A DNA stretch of 63,480 nucleotides, counting the filler, from Pelomyxa schiedti (lineage: Eukaryota; Protista; Evosea): assembly GCA_020536535.1 (NCBI GenBank). It is 10 parts of 10 records of this genome, joined end to end, with 100 filler letters (N's around TTAATTAATTAA, not from the genome) between each part and the next. Parts side by side here need not be neighbours in the genome. Positions count along the whole stretch, not along the records: positions 1 to 1,860 come from JAHLWZ010002236.1; positions 1,961 to 15,327 come from JAHLWZ010001196.1; 8 more parts are not named here. One strand, written 5' to 3'. Shown here piece after piece: positions 1 through 10,123 of this stretch. Every line of letters starts with the position of its first letter. Position 1 is the first letter of the stretch. Position numbers and translations under genes: made by a program. The notes beneath the pieces are model-generated. The model saw only the letters and a list, made by a program, of their open reading frames with translations, was not told the DNA's origin and searched no databases.

Positions 1-1069
1 CGATTTGTATACGGGTTTTGGGTTTGGTATAAGATAGTTCCATCCGAATTAGGCTGCTGCAGGGGGTAGTCCGCTCCCAGAAGTGCAATATTGCTGTTTA
101 CAACGTTGTATTGTGTAGGACTTTGCGGCATATCAACTGAGAGGACTGCCCACTGCGCAGCAGCGACGTCAGAGTCAATCACATGCATAGTTGGGCGGTC
201 GCCAAGTAAAACCACAGCTCGACTGGAACCCATGATACCTGGAAAAAAAAGGAGAGAATTAAACTTTTTTTGTGTGAAGAAAAAGGGAAATCAAACCTAG
301 AACCCAGGGGGGTGAAATCATGTAGGAGTCATCCATTGTGTTTATGTAGTCGCTGTACAAGGTACCGCCGTAACTTCTAAGCTTACAATTTTGTACAGTT
401 ACTATGCTCCCAGAATCCACAAACACCGCCGATTTTGCCACGCCCCACATATACACGCTTGTATCAGTAATAGATAGCTTTGTTCCGCCAAACACAGCAA
501 TCCCCGCTCCAAGCCCGCTGAAGTCGCACGTATCACTTCCATCAGCGAGAGTGAAATCCTCCACTGCTGCGTCAGTGAGGGTGTAGGAAGCCCCGGAATT
601 CAATATGATCGAATTGAACCCGCTGAATTCCGAGTATAGGTCAACTGTGGTACCCCGCTTCACACAGTCAAACACAGACTTTGTCTTCACACAGCCGGTG
701 GAGTCGAAGTAATAGCCCGGTCGATAGGCGTAGTCGTCCCTTGTGCCGGACTGGACGAGTTTCTGGAGGGATCCAATGGCTCCCAGCGCCCCGGTTGTGA
801 CGCTGCTCAATTTACCGGAAACGCAGGCGCTGCCGTCGGTCGAGCTTATGGGAACGCCGTCGCATAGGTACGTGGTGTATGACGTTGGGGGCGTGTACAG
901 CGTGGAATTCGTTCTGTCGGCAACACTGATCCCAGTGGGGTGTTTCCCTGCCTGCGAAAGTTGGGAAAACTAGAACACAGAAATGGGGGAAAAAGCGAAC
1001 CTGTGTTGCCCACAACAACCAGCAGAGGATGAGAATGAACTGGGAAAGGTGACTTGATGTGTTCGTCAT
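1..1069 (-). CDS. Secreted/surface protein, possibly right-handed beta-helix (pectin-lyase-like) repeats; spliced, 3' end runs off the window
   Basis: ATG at 1069 gives a signal-peptide-like exon (MTNTSSHLSQFILILCWLLWATQ), then a short GT-AG intron and a long exon that includes ORF 259-810 with GAGIAVFGG/YGGTLY-type Gly motifs. The fold is a guess. Confidence 0.55.
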
Positions 1070-1261
1070 GGTGCACTGCAGCACAAATCTTGGTGAGAAA
1101 GGGGGTAAAAAAAATTAATAATTTCCTGTGACAGTGGACAGTGTGTCGAACACTTTTTCAGCTTAGGAAGAGTGTTCAAAGTACTTTTTCTGGTAAGGCC
1201 ACCCCGTCGGTTTTTTTCAAATGATCCATTTCGTTCTGCAAACTGCAAGTGTCAGGGGGGG

Positions 1262-1270
1262 AAAAAAAAA
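1262..1270 (-). terminator. RNA polymerase III terminator (T9)
   Basis: An A9 run on the + strand (T9 on -) begins 1 nt after the tRNA discriminator base. Confidence 0.8.
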
Positions 1271-1271
1271 G

Positions 1272-1409
1272 TCCGGCAGCTGGGACTTGAACCCAGGACC
1301 TCCAGCTTTGGACTCTAGCGCTCTACCTGAACATCCCGATTCAATCAGTGGCCTCGAAGAGGTGTCGGTTGGATTGGTTGGGGATTGTCGTTCACTGAGC
1401 TACTGCCGG
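1272..1409 (-). tRNA. tRNA-Trp(CCA)-like gene with a 66-nt insertion in the D-loop
   Basis: Minus strand reads CCGGCAG TA GCTC AGT [66 nt, 1393-1328] GGTA GAGC G CTAGA GTCCAAA GCTGG AGGTC CTGGG TTCAAGT CCCAG CTGCCGG A. The 7-bp acceptor stem, 4-bp D-stem, 5-bp T-stem and B-box are perfect, and CCA sits at positions 34-36. Confidence 0.8.
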
Positions 1410-1505
1410 CATTGTTTCGGGCTTCCGCAGCGTTAATTTAACCACCGGTTTTTTTCGGGATGTGAATTGTGGGTCCCAATATTTTTTTGGAACCTTGGGT
1501 TTTTC

Positions 1506-1860
1506 TCAGTGGGATGCTGATGCAGTGCGAGAGGTTGTAGGTTGGAAGAGGAATTGCCGTAAATCAGCAGGAACATGAAGCGGTAGGATCAGGTTGTTGC
1601 TGCGGATTGCGGCACTGTTCTTGTTGCTGATAGTATTACTGTTGCCGGAGGGAGATAGGGAATGTGCAGCGGTAGGAGGGGAGTTGATGATTGTTGGCTT
1701 GCTTGAAGAAATTGCCGGGGTTTGGGTTGCGGGTGCGGGTGCGGGTGCGGGTGCGGGTGCGGATGCGGTTTGTGTTGTGTTGTTTGTGTTGGAGGCTGTG
1801 CACACACCGCAGCGGCACATGGAGTGTGATGGGAGGGTGTTGTGGTCTGTGTGTTTGTAG
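1506..1860 (-). CDS. Probable 3' end of a low-complexity protein containing a (GCGGGT)n repeat; truncated by the contig end
   Basis: Overlapping open frames across the hexamer repeat at about 1728-1766 (HP or AP dipeptide run); the frame is uncertain. Confidence 0.3.
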
Positions 1861-1960
1861 NNNNNNNNNNNNNNNNNNNNNNNNNNNNNNNNNNNNNNNN
1901 NNNNTTAATTAATTAANNNNNNNNNNNNNNNNNNNNNNNNNNNNNNNNNNNNNNNNNNNN
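1861..1960. other. Artificial contig linker (N-run with TTAATTAATTAA, stops in all six frames); also at 15328-15427, 26298-26397, 30160-30259, 32042-32141, 56169-56268, 58351-58450, 59503-59602, 62372-62471
   Basis: The same 100-nt spacer with a central TTAATTAATTAA occurs nine times. Confidence 0.97.
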
Positions 1961-2330
1961 GGGGGGTATCTATTATTCTTCATTTACTCTGGTTATCATT
2001 TGCGTTGCAGGTGCTAGCTGACGTCACGGCTATCGTGCTATTCCGGATGTTAGATCTCTTGACTCTTGGGCCAGGTTGGGTCCTCAGTCTAGAGTCTAGT
2101 CATAGTGGGTACGCCCACAAGAGTTTGCTACCTCACACCGGAGGTGCAAAGTGGCCAGTGTCTGTGCACGATCGCATTCCGCTCAGATTCAACAGATCTC
2201 CAACAAAAAGAGAAAATTTGTGATGTGCGGAGACGTGATGTGATGACTTTGCCCTGCGGACATGTCAACCGAGGAAAACTAAGTTGCAGTTTAGTTGTCC
2301 ACAAAAAGCATAAATAACAGTTAACCCTTT

Positions 2331-2969
2331 ATGCTATTAACATCGAGGATGGCGACAAATGCAACACGGCTCCCTTACACACCAGCGTCGTCGCAATCTG
2401 TCCCAAAAAACGGCAACATAACGTACACACCTACGTTCCTCTCAACAAACGATTCCGCAAACGGCATCTTTTTCACCATCCAGAACGTTCACCCGGAGGA
2501 CACGATAGAGATCCGGGGCGTGACCATCTGCACCAATGACAACCCTTTGGGATCTGGCCCGTGTCTCCCTGCTTTTGTGTATGGCTCCAGGGCGTCAGCG
2601 ATGTTCGATGTCAGCACGATTGCCCACAGCGACTCCGACTGGCAGTTGCTCACTTCTGTAAAATTCAGGCACTCTTCGAGGTACTTTCCTTCTCTTGTTG
2701 TATGTATTGACCTAACAAGATACACAACAGTTAGGATGAACTTGTTTTCTGCTCCTGGAGTCACTAGCGATGGCGGTAATATGCTTAGGCTCGTTCCGGG
2801 CGCGTCGCTCCACCTCCACATACACTGCAAGTGCCCTATGCTTATCGGCTCGATGTGGTACCTCAAATCACATGTGGCCAGTGACACGCACCTCTTTGTG
2901 GACACAAAATGCGGAGCCTTGGGGCATTGGCAAATCCGGAACCGGCTATTCATTTGTAGGCTCCATTGA
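2331..2969 (+). CDS. Hypothetical protein (about 205-212 aa, beta-rich)
   Basis: Long open frame with protein-like composition; no recognisable family. Confidence 0.5.
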   Translation: MLLTSRMATNATRLPYTPASSQSVPKNGNITYTPTFLSTNDSANGIFFTIQNVHPEDTIEIRGVTICTNDNPLGSGPCLPAFVYGSRASAMFDVSTIAHSDSDWQLLTSVKFRHSSRYFPSLVVCIDLTRYTTVRMNLFSAPGVTSDGGNMLRLVPGASLHLHIHCKCPMLIGSMWYLKSHVASDTHLFVDTKCGALGHWQIRNRLFICRLH

Positions 2970-3109
2970 ATATTGCATAGGAAGCTAAAAGTGTACTCCA
3001 ACCTCCACCCAACGCTCAATAATAAAACAGAGTAAATTCTCGTTCCTATATATTTCTTTTCGTTTCAGCAACGCCCACTTTAAGTGCGTTTCATAGTTTA
3101 GTTTTAGTT

Positions 3110-4824
3110 TTAGTAAGTGGGAGGGTTTGGATAAGAGCCTCTGACAAGCCAATACAACTTCTCATAGTAGTCATAGTATTGTGTGGCCATATTGGTGAAG
3201 TCATTCCCATAGTAGAATGTCAGCATTGCCTCACTGTTGAAGTGGTATCTGTGTTACCGGTTAGTCCAATTTGAAAAATGAAATGAAAGCACTTACGCAG
3301 AGGAGGCATTGAGGTAAGCCATCATGTTATACTGCCAATCTGGATTGTTTGGGTTGGTGGTGTATAGCGGTGCCTCTATTTCAATTCCCATGTGTTGGCT
3401 GACAGCTTGTTCCACAACCTAAAATAAGTTTTCTGGGGAATGAAATTTATGGATGCTTATACATACATCACCAAAGCGGTCAAGAGTGCAGTCGTTGAAG
3501 GCGTAATTGGGTTGGAATGTGACAACATCAAAGCCATAGTCAGCCAGCCAGTCCATTCCCTCGCTGCCCCAGTGTGGAATCCACTGATAACTGAAGTTGG
3601 GATTCAGAGTGTGAATGTACTTGCCGGTTGAAGAGACAACGTCCTTCTCATCCTCGTTTGAGTCAACATGTTCAACAAACCTGTGTAATTTGAGTTTATG
3701 AACCGGAGGGGAAATATTCAACAAACCAATAGAATCCCACGAAGTTCAAATTGCTTGGGGGTGCAGAATTCCACTTTGCAATGACTTGATCAACCCACCA
3801 CTGTGTGGCCGCCATCCTGTCATCATTGCTCTCGGTGAAATTGATGTGCTTACCGTTGATGTATCCCCAGTCACCTTGAGCTCGGTCAGGATAAGGAATC
3901 ATGAAAACCACTCCAGTGTTCAGCTGGGTCTGAAGGGCCTGTTTCACGTTTGCTTGGGCAATTTCCATGTTCGCAACTCCCGCATCAAACTGAAGCTCCA
4001 AGTACTCCAGCCAATCTGTCTGGTTCATTGGCAATCCCTGACCCTCATAAAAGTACTTTCCATCTTTCCAAACATATGCAATTAGAAGCACACTGTGCAC
4101 TGTTAGCTTTTAATTTATCTTGGAGAAACACCAACCTGTCAAAAAAGCGGTCAACAGTGACACCACTCCTATCACAAAACCCCAACAACATCTGAAACCT
4201 CTCAGGTGACCACGTGAACTGTGGGTCACCCTGAATTGTCCGATAATCTGCATACGCCAAAACAGTCCTCCCTAATGTCACAGGCCACCACACATCAGTA
4301 ATTCATTATTAAATTAATAATTTATTTGATATTGAATAAGCCTGAATGAAGTATATAATGCAATACAAGGGAAAACACAAGTTATGTTGTATACTGTGGG
4401 AAAACACAGTGTAGATACACACCGGACCACCTTGAGGCCCTTGTGTATGGTGGTAGGTACCCTGGTGTGTCATCAGGCTTCACCCAACNNNNNNNNNNNN
4501 NNNNNNNNNNNNNNNNNNNNNNNNNNNNNNNNNNNNNNNNNNNNNNNNNNNNNNNNNNNNNNNNNNNNNNNNNNNNNNNNNNNNNNNNAGGGAAAACACA
4601 AGTTATGTTGTATACTGTGGGAAAACACAGTGTAGATACACACCGGACCACCTTGAGGCCCTTGTGTATGGTGGTAGGTACCCTGGTGTGTCATCAGGCT
4701 TCACCCAACACGTCGGCCAATCGTATTCATCATCCCCGGTACTGGCTCCCGTTGTGTCCACAACCACAACAGACCACAATACACAACAACAAACCACTAT
4801 GACCGAATATGATGCTGCTCTCAT
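3110..4824 (-). CDS. DUF4855-like secreted protein, multi-exon
   Basis: Signal peptide (MRAASYSVIVVCCCVLWSVVVV). Motifs FVGFYWFVEY, QWIPHW..G..W...GFDVVTFQPNYAF and MGIEIE match my recollection of the mostly bacterial DUF4855 family. Stop TAA at 3112-3110. A scaffold gap with a duplicated flank lies inside the gene. Confidence 0.7.
4368..4709. other. Scaffold gap with exact 121-bp duplicated flanks (assembly artefact); same pattern at 22598-22939 and 25500-25841
   Basis: 4368-4488 = 4589-4709; 22598-22718 = 22819-22939; 25500-25620 = 25721-25841. All are exactly 121 bp, consistent with a k-mer overlap. Confidence 0.9.
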
Positions 4825-5034
4825 TATCGTCAACGGACTAATGGGCACTGTGACGTAAGTGGATAGCCAATGTTGCTTACCGGAATTGCCTAAGGCAGAT
4901 CTGTAGTGCCGCCTTAGAAGCTTTTGTGCTACATTCACCTTGATCCCGCAAGATTCTTTGTTGTTCAACGTGAGACTCTCACTGCTCCTATCATGTCATC
5001 GTCGAGAACAAATGCAGGGGTGCGGGGTTTTGTG

Positions 5035-6282
5035 TTATTCACCTTGATCTGTCTGGTGTGAAACTCTCACTTCTATCAATTGTGTGCCTGTGATGGCATC
5101 GAGAACAAATGCAGGGGGTGCGGGGCCACGACTTTCCGTTTGTGATTGTGTGGCTCCAGCGCTGGTTGTTGTTGTTGTTGTTTGCTGTGTGGCTCCTGCC
5201 ACCTTTTGCACCACACAAACCTGTTTGGATGACGACGTCAGTCTAAGGTGCTGCACAGGCGAGAATTCATATCGACACAATGGCCGGCCCATGTTGGAGG
5301 CACTGTACACCTCACAGACAGATGAAGTCTGGCCAGGGTCCTCCTGCAATAAAGCAGCAAAGTGCAACCCAGGTGGAATGGCATAAACGTCGTCATACCT
5401 CCCGAAATCGAAGTTTGCCGATTCACCAGTTGTTGTGTTGAAAACAATATGGTCCAAGTCATCTTCATGCACAGTGAGGATGGTGTTTGGGGAGGACCAA
5501 GCCAGGTCCACTGGATTTGAGTGCTGCAGTCGTACACTCTCCTTTCCCATCACAATGACACCATTTCCAGTGCTCCTCACAAGATCAACAAACCAAATGA
5601 ATCCATCCTGCTTCTCGTCACGGCTGTCTCCAACCAGTACCAGTTCATCACTGGAGGGATCAAACGGAGAGAACCCACCCCCATCCACCTTCATAGGCAA
5701 ATCTCCACAAGTGACACCAAGGCCGTGGAATGACAGAGGTTCCCCATCGTCCATCTGCCACACAACCAGCCTGTTACCTTCTGGTTCAACTTTCACTATC
5801 CACTTGCTGTTTGTCACCCAAAACTCCGGGATAGACACCGAGTATTTCCCATCCAGTGTTGCCACAACGTTCTTGTTGCTGTCAGTGATGCACAGAAGCT
5901 CCCATGATAACGACAAGAACCTGTCATCACCCACACATCCTTGAATGTTCAAACTCAATGAGTCATCAAAGTCATAACTCCACCAGGTGCACCACACCAC
6001 ACCCATAACTGCACTCACACCAATGAACACGTGAACAAACTCCAGGTCACAGGTTGGTGCGCCCTGGTCGTCTGTGCGGAGAAAGAGGGTGGCTCCGAAC
6101 TGCTTGCAGCATCCAACGACCCAGTCACGGCCAAACTGCTCACGCAAAACGGGATTATGGCACAACAACCTCGCCGCGCTCCGTGACCCGCACCTGTCAA
6201 TGGATGCACACCCAAACGCAGCAAACAGCGATTCAGCATCCCAATAATACACCTTGAGGTCAACGGGACCCGTGGTGACCAT
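5035..6282 (-). CDS. Orphan family A protein (415 aa, intronless)
   Basis: Shares the motifs RCG..S, VLRE.F...WV, N.KW.V, L.VW, DEL and (V/L)DA.(S/T)G with other ORFs in the window. Confidence 0.75.
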   Translation of the reverse strand: MVTTGPVDLKVYYWDAESLFAAFGCASIDRCGSRSAARLLCHNPVLREQFGRDWVVGCCKQFGATLFLRTDDQGAPTCDLEFVHVFIGVSAVMGVVWCTWWSYDFDDSLSLNIQGCVGDDRFLSLSWELLCITDSNKNVVATLDGKYSVSIPEFWVTNSKWIVKVEPEGNRLVVWQMDDGEPLSFHGLGVTCGDLPMKVDGGGFSPFDPSSDELVLVGDSRDEKQDGFIWFVDLVRSTGNGVIVMGKESVRLQHSNPVDLAWSSPNTILTVHEDDLDHIVFNTTTGESANFDFGRYDDVYAIPPGLHFAALLQEDPGQTSSVCEVYSASNMGRPLCRYEFSPVQHLRLTSSSKQVCVVQKVAGATQQTTTTTTSAGATQSQTESRGPAPPAFVLDAITGTQLIEVRVSHQTDQGE

Positions 6283-6387
6283 CTGATACGTCTCGAATCA
6301 AAAACTTCGCGTAAACGATCACCCATCTGTCTGATTGCCTGTGCTTTGGTCAAAGACCCACAGGGAGAAACAATCACAATTTAAAAA

Positions 6388-7924
6388 ATGCAACGAGGGG
6401 ATACAACGAAAGTTTCCAACGGGGGCAGCACCGCACCTCTTGGGGAAAACGACACAGGGGAGGATTATGGGAACCCCACGGACCCACAGGAACCTGTGGC
6501 CAAGAGACCACGCGTCACTGTGTTGACATCAGCAGCCTCACCCTCGTCGTTACTAAACGCATTTAGTAACATAAACGAGCCTGTTGTCAATCAAGAAGGT
6601 TCACTACCAACTCCAATTGCCACTTGCCAACCAACTTCTAGCATTTTCATCTAACCCTGACCGAAAACACGCAGCCCCTGCTGGGGGTGCAAAGGGCGAA
6701 ACGGGAGAGAAAAAGAACACCGGGACCGCGAAGGAAAAGGAGGACACGGCATCAGATCGTGATGATGGGACACCCAAGAACGGGGAAACCGCGATCATTG
6801 CGGACAGGCCCGGGGACAAGGACAATGAAATGGTTCGGAAGGCTATGAGGGGTGCAGTTGCTTATTTGGATAGACTGACTTCTGAGGCTGAGAAAGTGTG
6901 CAACTTTTTTCTCCAGGAATTCAAATGAAGTTTAACAGTGGACAAAAAGTATTCTAGAGAAACCACAACAGATGTGGAAGTGCAATTGACTAAAATGAAA
7001 AACCGCGTTATGCGCATGTTTGATGACAAGATTGCCGAATTGAAAAATCAAGTGCAGTCCAATTTTGCAGTGTGTTATCTCACAGTCATTGTAGCACTCA
7101 CTCATAACAGAACTCACTTCGTAATCTCACCTCTTTGAACACTGAAGGGTACACAGGAAGGCAGAAAGTAAAATTTTTTTCTATCTCTGGTTAAGCTCAC
7201 AAAGATGAAGCTGTTTTGCCCTGAAAGACGCATGTCAGATATGCTATGTACCACTTTTCCTGGCTTCTTCATTGTCTATGGTTCACTCCTCATACTATCA
7301 CTTTCATTTCAAAAAATAAAAAGGAACGCACATTTTGGATCTTCCTATGCATATCTTGGTAAGCATAGCAGAGTATTTACCGCCGCAGGATCTTGTTGCT
7401 CTTCGAAGCACCTGTTTTGATTTTTGGGATGCTGTGCAGGCAGGTGTGCAATTTCTGAGCTCATTGGTAAATGATTTACCAATTTATTATTTACAGCTAC
7501 AGCCCACAACTGCACATTGTCCACAGAGGCTCACAAGCAAGCACTGGGCAACTATTCACTTGTTGGAGCCGAAACTATTGTCACTCCAACTTTTGATTTG
7601 AGGTTTGCCGTGACAGTGCGGGTGGGTGGCACCATAGTCGTCAATTACTCGCTCGAAAAAAAGAAGCTTCATGCACAACCAAAGAAACTGAAGATCGCAA
7701 TAACTGATATGGACAAGACTCCCCTGGCTCACACTAAAGATGTGATCACAACTTGGCAACTGGGAGACATGCACCACAATCACTCGCGTTATATGATTCC
7801 CTGCCACTTCGACAGCACCCTTGAAAAGGGATTCAAGGCACCGGACAAGTTCCGCCTGGACATCACACTAAATGACTGGTTCGACTGTGGCACGTGTCTG
7901 ACCCCCAGAAGCTCCTCCAATTAA
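6388..7924 (+). CDS. F-box protein, multi-exon, with an internal F-box
   Basis: F-box consensus LDLPMHILVSIAEYLPPQDLVALRSTCFDFWDAV at about 7335-7440, flanked by spliced exons. Confidence 0.7.
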
Positions 7925-8040
7925 ATTTTTTTCGCGTTGAACCTGTATTCTTGTGGCGAGAACAGTAAAAAAAAATTTTGATTTCTGCTGGAATTGTTCC
8001 TTACAAAGGTGAATGTATAAGGGAAAGGTGATGGTGTGCA

Positions 8041-9961
8041 TCACCACTCGGCACGTGATGGAGTAGGGAATTTTTCCTCAAACAGTCTCTGATGTATTTG
8101 TTAGGGATTGTCAAATATGGAGATTGAGGGAAGTAAGTACCTGAAGTTTGTTGGTCTGCTCTATAGAGGCAAGGCTATTGTCCAATCCGTCGTTTATGCA
8201 CACGCAGTATGGTTGCGCGGCCCATGTATCTTTCCACCATTTAGCATTCTGCATGGAATCAGTGACTTCAGGAAATGCAAAAGCAGGAAGTAGCACTTGC
8301 CTCTTTTTCATCCGGTTTCCAAGTCCCAAAGATATTTTTGGAACTGGCACTGACTGCTAGATTTTCTTCCAGAGCAACATTAGCGGCCAAAAACGGCAGA
8401 GCTGTATCTGCGCGCTGTCTAAACTTATGTCTCGAAGTTCGGTCAAATTCTTCGTGCCATCTATGGTACATAACATCCATGACCTAGTTATTTTATCAAT
8501 ACTTGTGAATGATTGGAATTGCAGGGCCGCACATCGTGCCGCATGAAATAGCAGTGGTGTGCTACATATTTGTGGGGTTCTTCCTTGTTTTCAGGGTGAT
8601 ACCAACTACCGCCGAATTAGAGTTGTTAAAGGAAAAGGAGAGTACGCGTTGAGAAGCTCATTAGAAAAGCCGATGCTGGCATGCCAGGCATGGAACGCCA
8701 TCTTATCCTTCATTGGCGCAGTGAAGGCTCTGGACATATAAAGGTTTAGAACGCCGTTGTCAGGATTGAAATAACTAGAGGAGGTATTAGCAAGGCTCTT
8801 GTCCAGGTAAGTTACAAATTTCTCGGAATTTCTCTTGCAAGAAACATGTCGTCGTTCATATACAACAGACACGGTGCAAGATCGGGTATGTTATGAAGGT
8901 TTGCTTCAATTGCATTGCTACAAGGTGTAAATAAACGTAACATAAATACAAAAGAAAGATAACAACCTATTGAAGGTTGGTAAGTCATCTGGGTTGGGAA
9001 ATATCTTGGTAATATTATTTTAATGTAGCATGTAAAATATCAAACCTCCTCATGTGTTACCACTCTAAATCCTTAAGGAGTCAATGCGCTGTGAGATTGG
9101 TAAAGGAAGCTGTACCTGGAGCATTGGGGTTGGCCCAGGTGGGAACTTGACCATTTGTAACTAAAATGATATTGCGAATCCATGGCATAAATTTCTCGAC
9201 CGATCTATGCATGGTGAAAGTAGTGACCATAGGATAACAACGAACCTCATTGAATACTTTAGAACACCATAATCCCTGTAACCACCATCCCAGGCACCGC
9301 CAAATGATTCCTTCGATTTCTTGTGGGCAGGGTCACTATTACGAGAGTTAGCACTCTGTACTTACAGGACTGCCTACCTTCCATTGACCCAAGTGTAAAC
9401 TATATCCACAACATCGCAAGTGATGGATGTGTCCAGCATCTTGTAGTCTGGCAAATTGAGGCCTGGGAGTGTCTCTTCCTCCTCTGCAGGCTCTTCCTTG
9501 GGTCTATTGTCATCAGTTGTTGTGTCTGGGTAATATGGTGTCATCCCAGTAGTATGCTTGCTGAGATGCATTGAACAAAAAACAACAAAAAAGAAGTAAC
9601 CATATCAGTGTCATAAAAAAAAGAAAAGCAACAACCAACAACAACACCCCGACTCCTTAAGATAAGAAGCAAGGGAAGCAGCCAATAGTACTGCTGCACA
9701 ACCAGCAAGACATACAGACAGACTTATGGGAGAGGGGGCAACGTACTCAGTGGCAGCAGCAGCAGGGGGCCTGGGCCCCGCCGCAGCCCCGTCCCCGTGC
9801 CCGTGCCCGTGCTCGTGCCCGTCGCCGCCCCTGGTCATTACGAAAGCAACGGTGTAGATCAGCAGCACAGTCCCGACCACCAACGTGGCCACCTTGCATC
9901 GGTAGAATCGGTTACCTCCCGGAAGAGGCGGCCGGCGTCCCCCAATCGAACGGTGCATCAT
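8041..9961 (-). CDS. Stealth-family hexose-1-phosphate transferase, type II membrane protein, multi-exon
   Basis: N-terminal TM helix; CR1 DIVYTWVNG; CR2 [29 protein letters not shown]...LPTFNSNAIEANLHNIPDL...YMNDDMFL; CR4 CINDG...FEEKFPTPSRAEW*. Confidence 0.88.
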
Positions 9962-10123
9962 CGTCGACGTTTCGTATAAAATTATGAGCGTGACTAGTCA
10001 TCTATGTGTTTTGTTGTTTCCCCAGGGAGTGCTGCAACATCTTCTTCTGCTCTCTGGCTCCAGCTTTGTCGAGGTAAAAAGTCGGCACCCGCAGTCCCAG
10101 AATCCTCGGTTTCTGGAGACCAG

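Noticed and set aside
1327-1395. The tRNA insert as a spliceosomal GT...AG intron (GTGAAC...TTCAG)
   Set aside because: Removal leaves a 4-nt D-loop without the conserved GG, and the locus looks Pol III-transcribed.
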